Below, in pieces: positions 1 through 12,214 of a DNA stretch of 64,000 bases. The stretch lies in assembly GCF_001194135.2 (NCBI RefSeq), contig NC_069007.1, positions 2,141,591-2,205,590 on the forward strand. The letters run 5' to 3'. Within the stretch, counting starts at the first letter, position 1. Each line of letters opens with the position of its first letter. The position numbers and the translations under genes are program-made. The notes below the pieces were generated by a model. The model had not been told where the DNA came from, did not search any database, and saw only the letters and a program-made list of their open reading frames with translations. The DNA is from Octopus bimaculoides (taxonomy: Eukaryota).

Positions 1-47
<47 letters not shown>

Positions 48-188
48 TATGGATAATTATACATATACGTAAATATATGTGTGCACGTATGTGTGTTCAT
101 ATTGATATATACTTGCATATAAATTAATTCATTGAAAATCGTGTATGAGGTGAACATTTTCTGGTGTGCAGGTGAAATCGTGTGTATG

Positions 189-570
189 TGTCTGTTGAAT
201 GGAGAATGAGTTAATACTGAAACCATGTACTGCTTACCTTGTTTACAACAGATCATAGTCTACAAAGCGATAATATCACTAGTTTGACCAACGAAAACAT
301 GAGATCGTAGCCACAGGTGGAAACTACAAAGACAGTTACAAACAACATACAAAATCTTTCCGAAACCTATCAAAAGGAAACGCAATGGACACGTCGATAT
401 CTAGCAGGGACTTTAAAAACCTCATCTGTAAACATAAAATAAGATTTAACAGAATGTGCAACATCAGACATAAATAATAATGGAGTCTGTTCCTAATGCA
501 ACCCTGAAAAATACTTTATAATCATGCACCACAAGTACACTCTGAGCCAAGGAAAAAAATAACTTTGGAA
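189..570 (+). mobile_element. Penelope-like element (PLE) GIY-YIG endonuclease remnant, frameshifted with stops
   Basis: Manual translation across frames gives CLLNGE*, CLQQIIVYKA, IVATGGNYKDSYKQHTKSFRN and CNPEKYFII. These match in order the PLE pattern CPLxGxCL..IVYKA..YIGxTExxFKxRYxxHxxSFRN..CxLCxxEKxxI. Confidence 0.75.
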
Positions 571-995
571 GCAATGGAAAATACCAAATACACCCATATG
601 CTAAATCTTTTTATGCATCTCTCTACACATACACAGCAACACTTATATACACTAATATATATACATATATATGTGTGTGTTTGTATGTGTGTGTGTGTAT
701 CTGTCTATCTGTGTGTGTATGTATATGTGTGTGTGTATGTTTGTATATGTGTGTATGTCTGTGTCGGTCATTAACAGTGGAACTTGATGTAGATATAATG
801 ATATAACCGATAGTGTGCGAGCAACTGTTACGTTTATCTTCTGATCTACTTTGAGTTTATACGTTAAAACCAAATTATTTTACGTTCTCTAGAAATTCTT
901 GAGACGTAAAACACACACACATACACACACAAAGACGCACATACATATTTATATGGGTGTATGTGTATCTCTCTCTCTCTCTCTGTATATATATA

Positions 996-1155
996 GGCGC
1001 AGGTGTGGCTGTATGGTGACTAGCCTACTTACCAACCACATGGTTCTGGGTTCAGTCCCAGTGTGGCACCTTAGGCAACAGTTTTCTTCTATAGCTTCAT
1101 TCTGACTAAAGCCTTGTGATTGGATTTGCTAGATGTAAACCGAAAGAAGTCTGTC

Positions 1156-1160
<5 letters not shown>
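996..1160 (+). mobile_element. SINE family A (tRNA-derived head, CORE-like), 5' half
   Basis: GGCGCAGGTGTGGCTGTATGGTGA..GGTTCAGTCCCA..CACCTTAGGCAA; same sequence as the near-complete copy at 20520-20935. Probably one of the described octopus OK/OR1/OR2 SINEs; exact family not assigned. Confidence 0.85.
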
Positions 1161-1203
<43 letters not shown>

Positions 1204-1356
1204 CCATTCAATTAACGCACACATGAAATTGTTCATAAAGACAGGCATTTTCAGAGGTAAAGCGAGACAGGAAAAATTCCAACTTTAACTACATTTGATG
1301 CACATTTAATATAAGCACTCTCTGAGATCGACTCTCAGCCACGATAAAATCATTCC

Positions 1357-1438
1357 TTACATTATTTACATTTGACGGATATTTGTCCTCATGTTGTTTA
1401 TTGTTAACACTACCGTCGCCTATGTAGATGACTGTATA
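1357..1438. repeat. Short dispersed repeat (family F), copy 1
   Basis: TTACATTATTTACATTTGACGGATATTTGTCCTCAT..GCCTATGT.GATGACTGTATAT recurs at 1745-1830. Confidence 0.8.
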
Positions 1439-1694
1439 TCTTTTTTTCGTTACTTAGTTAATGTTTTTTCCAAAGGTTGTAATGGATCCTCTCACCGACG
1501 ATGGCATGTCCTACCCTTTCCGCTACTATTCTAGCTTTATAATAAATCCACTGTTGTCATTATATTCAGGCCAGGTGCTATATTAGCTTTGAGTCTCTAG
1601 ATCTACACAGGAAAGTTAGATGGTTTGAAAGACGATCAAGTTTTTGATGGAGTTTCTCTATATATCTCCATTGAATTCTTATGTTGGGTCTGTT

Positions 1695-1925
1695 CCGATT
1701 AGATAATACAGTTCTATATTTAAGAGATGGAGTAGTATGTACATTATTTACATTATTTACATTTGACGGATATTTGTCCTCATCTTGTTTGTTGTTAGCA
1801 TTATGGTTGCCTATGTCGATGACTGTATATAACAACAAACAAGATGATAAATATCCGTCAAATGTAAATAATGGAAATAATGTATATAATATCTCATGTC
1901 TTAAATATAGAAGTGTTTAATCGTT
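1695..1925. repeat. Family F copy 2 plus an inverted copy, forming a fold-back of about 230 bp
   Basis: 1740-1796 is near-perfectly complementary to 1831-1884. Weaker complementarity extends outward (TTCTATATTTAAGA at ~1712 pairs with TCTTAAATATAGAA at ~1900). Confidence 0.85.
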
Positions 1926-2356
1926 ACTATAGAAATAGTCTTACTTTATTTAACTGTTGATCTTACTCAAAATCAAAACAACTTTTTAATATAACATATC
2001 ACTTTTATAAACATATCATAACAAAAAAAAAAGATTAAATGAAAAATTAAATGTCGATGGAATAACCTGAATAGGAGGAATAAAAATCTTCAAAGAATAT
2101 TCAGTTTTCAAGCAGAAAAAACAGCAGAGAATCGACCAACGCAAAATTTAAACCAATAAATAGAAGCTTGATACCAGATCCAAGTTAGCAAATATGATTT
2201 TAGCATCACAATCGAGTTTGAACAGTTGTCGCCTGAATTCGAGGCAAGAGTTTAAAGTGTTGAGTTCAGGTTTAACATTATATATTAATACACCGAAATG
2301 CGTTATGCTGTCACGTGCTTACTTGAAGATAGAGACAAAGAGTGAGAGAGGAAGAG

Positions 2357-2396
<40 letters not shown>

Positions 2397-3163
2397 GTGA
2401 ACGACGTGAAGTAATATTTATCTCGTGGATGAAAAGCTAGTGGAAGTGGGGTGATATAGGGGAAGAGAGAGCGTATGAGAGAGAAACAGAGAGGGTGAGA
2501 GAGTGCAGTGCCGCTAGTGCTAGTGAGAGGTAAAATGAAAGAGAAAGAGAGAAGGATAACTACCAGAGGCGTTGTTCTTATTTTCCTGGTTCTTGTTGTT
2601 GTTGTTGGTGGTGGTGGTGTATATCTTGTTGCTGTCCATTGTTTTATGGCTGTTGTCGTTGTTGTGCTTAACCAATATTTAAAAAGAAAATATATCGAAG
2701 GTTTTCAAAATGACCCCGAATTAGCTTGAAAGAAACTTGCACGTGTTTTAAGTTTGCTGCGAATTTGTTTAACAGTTCGCGTGTTGAGTATTTGAGCTGT
2801 TTTTTCCGCAATCTCATTTAGACATTGAGTGTTTATGGCTTCTGTGTAGGAGAGAGAAGACCATCTGCTTATTAGGAGGGCAATTTCATTATCACCTAGT
2901 TAGTCTCGTTAGTCGCCATAGTTTTTTTTCTCCCTTCTTTTTCATCACTTCTCTTGGTTTTGTTTTTGAGATATATGTATATATTCTTTCTTAAGTGTGT
3001 GAGGATTAGATTATCTGAAGATATAAAAGAACTGTATATATAGATGTATTCTCTTTCATGGGAATGAGTTTTGGGTTATTTGCTTGTTTGTTTAAGGTAT
3101 AATCTGTTGCTAAGTAAAATCGTACTTACGAGTTAGTATGTACACACGTGGTTACAAATATAT

Positions 3164-3200
<37 letters not shown>

Positions 3201-3647
3201 NNNNNNNNNNNNNNNNNNNNNNNNNNNNNNNNNNNNNNNNNNNNNNNNNNNNNNNNNNNNNNNNNNNNNNNNNNNNNNNNNNNNNNNNNNNNNNNNNNNN
3301 NNNNNNNNNNNNNNNNNNNNNNNNNNNNNNNNNNNNNNNNNNNNNNNNNNNNNNNNNNNNNNNNNNNNNNNNNNNNNNNNNNNNNNNNNNNNNNNNNNNN
3401 NNNNNNNNNNNNNNNNNNNNNNNNNNNNNNNNNNNNNNNNNNNNNNNNNNNNNNNNNNNNNNNNNNNNNNNNNNNNNNNNNNNNNNNNNNNNNNNNNNNN
3501 NNNNNNNNNNNNNNNNNNNNNNNNNNNNNNNNNNNNNNNNNNNNNNNNNNNNNNNNNNNNNNNNNNNNNNNNNNNNNNNNNNNNNNNNNNNNNNNNNNNN
3601 NNNNNNNNNNNNNNNNNNNNNNNNNNNNNNNNNNNNNNNNNNNNNNN

Positions 3648-3695
<48 letters not shown>

Positions 3696-3737
3696 TGCGT
3701 GTGTGTGTGTGTGTGTGTTTATATATACACACTAATA

Positions 3738-4430
3738 CAGCCTTGGAGAAAAGTATTAGGCCACCCAAATATTTTGGAGTTCTGCTATTTCAATGTTAAC
3801 GAAACTCGTGCACGGAGTAGATTATGGTATATTTCAGGATATGCATTAGTTTTAATATCTGGTTGACCCTCCTTTAGCACCAATTACCACTTTTATACTG
3901 TACTGGACATATGCAGCCAATCATGTGTTTGACCAACGTCCAATATTAACTTATATTTCCTTGATTATTTCTGAGTTTTATGCTAAAATATGTTGTAGAT
4001 ACAGTTAATAAACAGTAAAATGCCTAAAACAGGGATGATGAGTGAGTGTAAACGAGGTCAAATCGTAGCTCATCATGAAGATAGAGTCTGACAGGCAAAT
4101 TACTCAGAAGATGGAATCTTCTTGATGTGCGTGCACACGACTCTCAAGCGCTTCAGAGAGACAAAAGGTGTGAAGACAATACAAGGAACCGGCAGACAAA
4201 AGGTTACATCACCCCGTGATGATAGATCCTTCATCCGTCAGTTGCTCAGAAACAGAAGTAAAACATTGTCGGAGCTCTATGCGGGCTTCAACGAGGCAAA
4301 TACTTCACAAATATCAAATAGAACTGTTAGAAGAAGGCTTGTAGAGTATGATATGAAAGGCTGTAAAGTCAGGAAGAAGCCATGGGTTTCTAAAGCGAAT
4401 ATGAAAAGACGTCTTCTGTGGGGTACTACT
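3738..4430 (+). mobile_element. Tc1-family DNA transposon, 5' part with decayed transposase N-terminus
   Basis: TA followed by the TIR-like CAGCCTTGGAGAAAAGTATTAGGCCACCC; ATG at 4020 (MPKTGMMSECKRGQIV); ORF 4122-4466 has GRQKVTSPRDDR..ISNRTVRRRL..RKKPWVSKANMKRRLLW (paired-like HTH and Tc1 linker). The DDE domain is missing. Confidence 0.9.
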
Positions 4431-4659
4431 TTCAGCCTGTCTGCGAGAAACGAAAATAAAAAATGACGGAAATATTCGACATCAATTGATTATATCGATT
4501 TACGTGACGCATGTAGAAAATGAAGCTGTGACTCATCGATAATAGGCAATGCATTGAAAACGATGGAGAAGTCACAAACAGCTCTGCTAATAGTCATACG
4601 AATAATTAGTATCAAGTTATTAGTGAACATATCTCTCTACATATGACACTTATTTTTGA

Positions 4660-4860
4660 TTTGTGTCAGCCATTGGACAGCGGCCACGCTGGAGCACCAC
4701 CACGAAGGTATATTGATTGTGGCCGGACTGAAGGTCAACACCAATACTAGCTTGTGTCTATGCTTGGTACTTATTCTATCGGCTATTTAATGCCGAGCCG
4801 AAAAGTTATGGGGCCGTAGTCATACCAGTCCAGATGGACAAGCCGTACTGGGACGCATAA
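4660..4860 (-). mobile_element. SINE family A, degenerate 3' half
   Basis: GCGGCCACGCTGGAGCACC..GGTACTTATTCTATCGG matches the 3' part of the copy at 20520-20935. Confidence 0.7.
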
Positions 4861-6322
4861 ATATACATACATACATATATATATCTGTACAGTTTTAGAA
4901 TTATGCTTCACGTTTTGCATACTGTAAAGTGATAGAAAGATTTCTGTCTGATAATGTGACGGGTATTTCATGTGAGAAGTTGATGAATTTGCTAAGAACT
5001 TCACACTTGCTATTTAGTTCATTTTTATCTTGGCATGGTTGCAATGTGAGCCTAAAATCAGAAAAATAATGTCAAGAAAATACACTTTTCAATTTATATA
5101 ACGTTCTCCGTTTCAATATATGTATGTATGTATGCATATGTGTGTGTAAGTATATATATATATATATATATATATGCGTAAGTGTGTGTGTGTTTTTGTA
5201 TGTATACATATATATGTGCGTGTGTATTTCTGTGCGTATGTATATATATGTATTTATTTGTATATGTAATATATCTATGCAAATGCATGTCTATGATGGT
5301 GTGTGTGTGTATGTATGTGCATGCAAATATATAGACATACAGGTAAATGAATCGACTTCCTAAAATCACTTTGACCAGTCAAATCGAAGAATTCCTATAC
5401 GGCATCACAAACCCAAAAAAAGATAACATTATAAAGCATTGGCATTTCTGCATGGAAGTGCATCATCAATTCCACTTTATCCAAACATTTCGAAAACTTA
5501 TAATGGAAAATGCTTTCGTGATTTTACATTTGCTAAAAAGGAGAAAGAAGACAAAACAGGAACACGTATGAAATAATTCCCTTGAGAAGAAAACGCATTC
5601 ATACAAGGTGAAGCTTTGAAGGCTTACGTGAACTCTTTTAATATTTTACTTGTGTCATTCATTTATTTGCTGCTATTCTGGAGTACTGTCTTCTAAAAGG
5701 GACATTCAGCAAATTCTTGTCCACACAACCATTCTCACAATCATTCTCTAATAATGAATATTTGCTGTAACATCACACACAGCCCTGAAAAAATCTTTTA
5801 CGAAGTATCATATCGAACCTGTCTCTGTTAAGTCTCTTTCTGCCGTCTCTGTACTTGGCCGCTGTGGAGCAGAAACTACTATGACACGGGTTCAAATCAC
5901 ACCTTGTACGGGTTAAATTTCGGAAACCGCACGAGCAATCGCAAATTTCAGATACATATTGCGACGCTAAAGAGTGGTTGCATCCAAACACTTCTCGACA
6001 CAAAATGTGAAGTTCTTTCCAAACATTGAACACTCTTTGATGAATTGCATCTACGACCGTGGACGAGCAGCTCACCTTTTAAACATCAGCTGAAGAGCAG
6101 CAGAAAACTCAAACACGGATTTCCTCGACCGTAATAGAAATGATTCGATCTCGGTCTGCAGCAGATAATATTTTAAGAGGTTTTATCCTGATCAAAAAAT
6201 GGTGCAGTTGACTATTGAAAATAGGAAAACAAACTAATCCTTCTGCTCTTGTTTATGTAAATGAATAATGGATGAGTGTTAGTCAAGATATTAAAACACA
6301 CCTTCTATCGGATATATATATA

Positions 6323-6504
6323 TATATTACATACAAAAATAAGAGGAATGACCAGCAAAAGTGGACTCCTATATGCTACAGACTGTTGTGTCGCTAAATT
6401 TTTACTGAGAACATATTTTTCGTGGTTAGATGATTCGGCATCTATTTCTACCATATAGGAGTCCACTTTTGCTGGTCATTCCTCTTATTTTTGTATGTAA
6501 TATA
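6323..6504. repeat. Perfect 53-bp inverted repeat with a 76-bp spacer
   Basis: 6323-6375 (TATATTACATACAAAAATAAGAGGAATGACCAGCAAAAGTGGACTCCTATATG) is the exact reverse complement of 6452-6504. Confidence 0.95.
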
Positions 6505-6585
6505 ATTTTAATCTTCAGATTTATTTTTAATATGCTAGACCGCTGGTTCTAATTGATTAATATCAATTTCTACCCTTATTAATAA

Positions 6586-6624
<39 letters not shown>

Positions 6625-6665
6625 TCGCTTTTACGCACACTGTATATATACGTGCGTGCATGCAC

Positions 6666-6718
<53 letters not shown>

Positions 6719-7348
6719 AATGAATATATGTATGCATTTAGAAATGTAGATATATAGATAGATACATACATGCATACACAAATACATACAGAGAGGGATA
6801 GATAGATAGATATAATACATATATGTAAGATTTAGTGATGTGTAGGACTTTATATATATGTGAACGTGTGTAGATGTTTGTGTTTGTCAGTGGTGTGTAG
6901 GACACACTTATTCCCCATATGTTTAAGAATCAAACTAACAATTAGATACGGTGAGCAACTCTAGAGTGGATAACGCAGTGTATTTGAAGGAGAAATCACA
7001 AAGGAAATAATGAAACCAGTGATATTTTCTCCCGTTTCAGAGAAGTTAGAAGAATCTTACGGTGGCAATTACCACCAGGTACAAATTGGAAGGAGTGAGA
7101 ATTTCAAGTATCAAAATTTCTCAGAAACTCATTATATGACAATTTGATGTATATAACTGTGTGTATGTTTGTGTGTGTGCATGTGTGAATGAGTGTGCTG
7201 AATAATGTTCATTATCGCGTTAGGTTCAGGCGCTAATGTAAATAGACGAGAATAAAGACGGACGAATTGAATTACAATTTAAGAAAAAAATTATAATTTT
7301 GCGAAAAAGAAAATATAAGACTATTAGTAATATGGAGACTCGACTACA

Positions 7349-7551
7349 TGTTCATGTATATTAACAATTAACATATTTAAAAGTATTCTACTAAAAGTGC
7401 ACGAAACTCCAGCCAATGTATTTCACATTGTTACATATCCACCCGTGACCTCCGAATAGTATTATTGAAAATATCTATTTGACTTTCTGATTATTGTTAT
7501 TTTGTCGTCTCAAACTTAGATTTTTTTTTCTTAACCTAACTCATACTACTA
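7349..7551. repeat. Unclassified ~205-bp repeat (family G), copy 1, ending in a (TAC)n tract
   Basis: TGTTCATGTATATTA..GTGCACGAAACTC..CACATTGTTACATATCC..CTTAACCTAACTCATA aligns co-linearly with 10976-11185. Confidence 0.85.
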
Positions 7552-7637
7552 CTATTGCTACTACAAATACTAGTACATCTACTACTACTACTACTACTAC
7601 TACAAATATTACACCTGCTATTGCATGTGATAATAAT

Positions 7638-7758
7638 GGTCTCAAATTTTTGCACAAAGCCAGCAATTTCGGAGCAGGATATAAGTCCCCGTGCTCAACT
7701 AGTATTTATTTGTATCGTCTCCAAAACGATGAGAATCAAAGCCGACCTCGGCGATAAC
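7638..7758 (-). mobile_element. SINE family B fragment
   Basis: TTTGCACAAAGCCAGCAATTTCGG..GTGCTCAACTAGTA..GCCGACCTCGGCG matches other B copies (24870, 41872, 60085). Confidence 0.7.
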
Positions 7759-8157
7759 ATTATTAAAAATATTGCCAATAACAGCATTTGTGCCATTAGT
7801 TAAAGTGATAATTGTAAGAAATCTATATTTAGTACATCATTTTTTTTTTTTTATGAATAACCAATTGTTTCATTCTGAACGTCATAATAAAATGATATTG
7901 ATAATATATAACGTTTTCCCATCAGCATCTTCGATTTAATGTTTTTTGGTCGTTATTTTTATTAAAATGAAAACAATGAAACATTATTTGAAATTTGCTT
8001 GCTTACTAAGCATTTTACAATTCTACACACACAATCATATATTTGTATATGTATGTATATACATATATATACCCATGTATATTCACATATATATACATAT
8101 AAATATACATATATGTATATATACATTTATACATATACATATATATATATATACAGA

Positions 8158-8194
<37 letters not shown>

Positions 8195-8303
8195 TATATG
8201 TATACAGATATACATATATACAGATACATATATATAGATATATTTATATACATATATATATATGCATACATATATATACATACATNNNNNNNNNNTATAC
8301 AGA

Positions 8304-8340
<37 letters not shown>

Positions 8341-8415
8341 TATATGTATACAGATATACATATATACAGATACATATATATAGATATATTTATATACATA
8401 TATATATATGCATAC

Positions 8416-8467
<52 letters not shown>

Positions 8468-8530
8468 GTATATATATACATATATTATATAGATATCTGT
8501 ATATATATACATATATTATATAGATATCTG

Positions 8531-8561
<31 letters not shown>

Positions 8562-8565
8562 GATA

Positions 8566-8602
<37 letters not shown>

Positions 8603-8857
8603 GATATCTGTATATATATANNNNNNNNNNNNNNNNNNNNNNNNNNNNNNNNNNNNNNNNNNNNNNNNNNNNNNNNNNNNNNNNNNNNNNNNNNNNNNNN
8701 NNNNNNNNNNNNNNNNNNNNNNNNNNNNNNNNNNNNNNNNNNNNNNNNNNNNNNNNNNNNNNNNNNNNNNNNNNNNNNNNNNNNNNNNNNNNNNNNNNNN
8801 NNNNNNNNNNNNNNNNNNNNNNNNNNNNNNNNNNNNNNNNNNNNNNNNNNNNNNNNN

Positions 8858-8894
<37 letters not shown>

Positions 8895-9489
8895 TTCAGA
8901 TACATATATTTATATATACATATATATATGTATATACATATGCATAAATATATATATTTATATACATATATATTTATATACATATATATTTATATACATA
9001 CACGTATGCCTTTTTATATAACCATATGTGTGTGCGTGTGTATGTCATAGCTTAATAGAAACCAAGAAAACAGTGTTAATATAATGAATAATTTAACAGA
9101 CACATACAAGCAGCAGCAGGAAAGTATTTTTTAGTATTTTTTAATATCTATCTATATATATTATGAACTTAAAGCTGATAAGCGATCACCATGCATATAT
9201 ATATGTATATATGTGTGTATGTGTGTGTATATGTGTGTGTGTATGTGTGTGTATGTGTACAATTGTAAACGTCTTAGTGAGCAAGAAGATGTCAAATAAT
9301 ATTTCATTGTTTTCATTTTAATAAAGAAATTGAATCCAAAATGCTGATGGCAAAAACCTTAAACGTTGTCGATTTGATTATGTTACGATGTTGATATTCC
9401 TCTGTTAAACTATTCTCTATATCAACATTGTTGTATTGTCTTCTTTCTATTTGACTATCATATATAAATTCGTTGCAGGCTATATATGA

Positions 9490-9745
9490 AGTGCACGTTA
9501 TTCTTGTTGTTAATATTATTATCATTACTATTATAATAATTTTTATCATTATCATTATTATTCTTAATTGTTATTATTGATTATTATTATAATAATAATA
9601 ATAATAATAATAGAAATATTAGTAAGTATAATAATACTAACAATAACAATAACTATTATTATTTTTATTATCATTATTATTATAATCATTATTATTATTT
9701 ATTATCTATCATTTATCATAATAACAATATTTATTATTTATTTTA
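9490..9745. repeat. (ATT/AAT)n trinucleotide microsatellite field
   Basis: Directly visible; source of the poly-Ile ORFs. Confidence 0.95.
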
Positions 9746-10070
9746 TTTGCACCCAGTAGGCTTGGCTTTTGGCAAAACATTCCTTACATCGGCCTACAAC
9801 GGTTAACCTTGCAAGCGGAGAATCTTCCTTAATGTTACGGTTTCACATCTATGTCCTCTATCTATTTGTTCAAATATTTAGCTATAGTTATGATGCACCT
9901 AGGGGTACATTTTACCCGCATTTCCCTACCTCTGTAACTCAGTAGCAAGGTGGTGGTGGTGGTGGTGTTTGGCCATTTTCTCTAAACATTTTTATATTGA
10001 CTTTCTCAGCGTTTGGGGATGTGAAACCAATTACCTAGAAATTTCTGTCCTCTTTGTATATTACCACTGT

Positions 10071-10152
10071 TTATTAACTTCGCCTTTGCTAAGGTGGAGG
10101 TGTTGTCTTTAGGCATATTTGTTTGTCCGTGGACAAGATATGTCAAGAACCG
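10071..10152 (+). mobile_element. Possible end of a DINE-1/HINE-like (Helentron-associated) non-autonomous element
   Basis: T-rich end, short hairpin ACTTCGCCTT-TGCT-AAGGTGGAGGT, then TTTGTTTGTCCGT tetramer-like repeats. This architecture resembles HINE/DINE-1 elements; the family assignment is an inference. Confidence 0.35.
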
Positions 10153-10405
10153 GGCTTGCTACATGCAGCCTACCGTACCAGGCTATCCGTTCTTTTCAGC
10201 TATCTAATACTTTCATGATTATTCTGGCCGCACCAAGGAGGTAAAACATTTGTAACATTTCTACTGGGCACTCCATTCCAATCTCCTTTACATTCCCCAT
10301 GATGCCTTCTGGTACTGGATACTGTCCTCAAAGACCCAACAATAATTGGCACTATCTTCACCTTCTTCATTTTCCATAGCCAGGCTATTTCCTAGTTAAG
10401 AGGGT
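10153..10405 (-). mobile_element. R4/Dong-type LINE 3' end (restriction-like endonuclease C-terminus plus 3' UTR)
   Basis: Minus strand reads EIAWLWKMKKVKIVPIIVGSLRTVS, then after a frameshift EIGMECPVEMLQMFYLLGAARIIMKVLDS*. This matches the R4/Dong ending EIxRLW..V.PVVVGALG..LQK..LLGTARIxRKVL. Confidence 0.8.
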
Positions 10406-10478
10406 TCAATCTACCTATCTTTTCGCCTTCCTTCCTGTGTATTCCTGATACACACACACACACACACANNNNNNNNNN

Positions 10479-10522
<44 letters not shown>

Positions 10523-10975
10523 AATACAAGGACATTTATGCACGTATCTCTGTATACATAGACTTACTGTCGTGCTAGTGTTTCGTTCAATTGCTACCAA
10601 ACTTCATAGACCATATTTCTAATACGTGCTAGCTAGCATCATATGTTAAAAACAATGGGAAGAGATACACTTATATAATATGCTTATGTACATCTGGTTT
10701 GTTTCTCTATAGTTCACAGCATATTGTGCGGACGTGTTGTTTATACTCATCGTAACACAATGTTCTATATATATATATTTATATATATATATACAGACAG
10801 AGAAAGAGAGAGTGCGATATAGCTATATAGACAGGTATCATATATATTTGTAAGAGTGTGTGTGCGTATATATATGGATATATATGTACACAGAAACACA
10901 CACACATATATGTATGTGTCGTATGTATATATGTATGACTAACTATATACTCGTTAGTGTGTGTACGTATCCGCT

Positions 10976-11185
10976 TGTTCATGTATATTACCAATGTACA
11001 TATTTAATTGTATTCCACTAAGAGTGCACGAAACTCGAGCCAGAGTATTTTACATTGTTACATATCCGCCTGTGACCTTCGACTAAAATTATCGAAAACA
11101 CTGTATCTATTTGCGATTCTGATTAATGTTATTTTGTTGTCTCAATCCTAGGTTATCTTTTTCTTAACCTAACTCATATTACTAC
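10976..11185. repeat. Family G, copy 2, ending in (TAC/CAC)n
   Basis: Co-linear homology to 7349-7551, roughly 80 percent identical by eye. Confidence 0.85.
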
Positions 11186-11479
11186 TACTACTACCATTAC
11201 TACTACCACCACCACCACCACCACTACTACTACTACTATCATTTTCATTAGTATCTTCTTTGAATTGTTTCTATTATTTGCCGAGTGTCTTCCTGACACC
11301 GAGGGCAGAGAAACGTACTGTATTCATTAGTAGGGCATTAAAGCAAGCACATCAGATTGTTTATTTACAGAGGCATGTGACAGAGAAAAAACGGGTAAAA
11401 CAGAGAGAAAAAGGGAAAAAAATAAAAAATAGAAAGAATACAAATAAAATGGAGGAAAATGGAAAGAAAATTTACAACG

Positions 11480-12125
11480 ACTATGCTCTTCTCTATATGT
11501 GTGACGTACCAGTTAAGGCAATCTTTTGCACTTCCTGCATGGATGGTAAGCCAAGGATCATTCTTAAATAATTTTCAGTTCCTTTTTGGATCATTCCAAG
11601 TGTTCCTACAATCACTGGTATTGTAACCGTCTTTAGATGCCACATCTTTTCGATTTCAGTTAGCAAATATTCCTATTTTCTGAGCTTTCTTTTGCCAAGA
11701 TATTATGGTCACAGGGTCTGCACATGTCAATCAATGAACAGACTCTATTGCCTTTGTCTTTCACGATGTCTGGTTTATTTCTGTTGATGGTTCAGTCTAT
11801 ACATACTGGAAAGTCTCAAAGACTAGTTATATTTTCTCACTCAGTTACAGCTTCAGGGTGGTGCTAGTACCATTTGTCAGCAGTTTTGAATTCATAATGC
11901 TGACACATTATCCAAAGCAAATATTGGCCAACTCAGTCATGTATTGATTTGTATTCTACAGGAGCTAAAACCTTGCATCCAGTGATTAGATGGTCGACTG
12001 CTTCTCTCCCATCGTTTCACTATCGGCACTTTAGGCCTACACCACTTTTCATCACATTCGCTTGATAGTTCCGGGACAATAAGCTCTGATTTGGGCAGCC
12101 ACGACATAGTCATCGTTCTTTGCCT
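11480..12125 (-). mobile_element. R4/Dong-type LINE 3' coding fragment (zinc knuckle plus RLE), decayed
   Basis: Minus strand reads GCKVLAPVEYKSIHD*VGQYLLWIMCQHYEFKTADKWY*HHPEAV..NKPDIV..CSLID..IALTGTSHI*RRA*; same family as 59286-60070. Confidence 0.85.
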
Positions 12126-12167
12126 TTGGTGGTGGTGGTATTATCATTATTAATATCATTATCAATA

Positions 12168-12214
<47 letters not shown>

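Noticed and set aside
8152-8430. Apparent ~135-bp tandem duplication
   Set aside because: The copies sit on either side of a 10-N gap, which is typical of unmerged overlapping contig ends.
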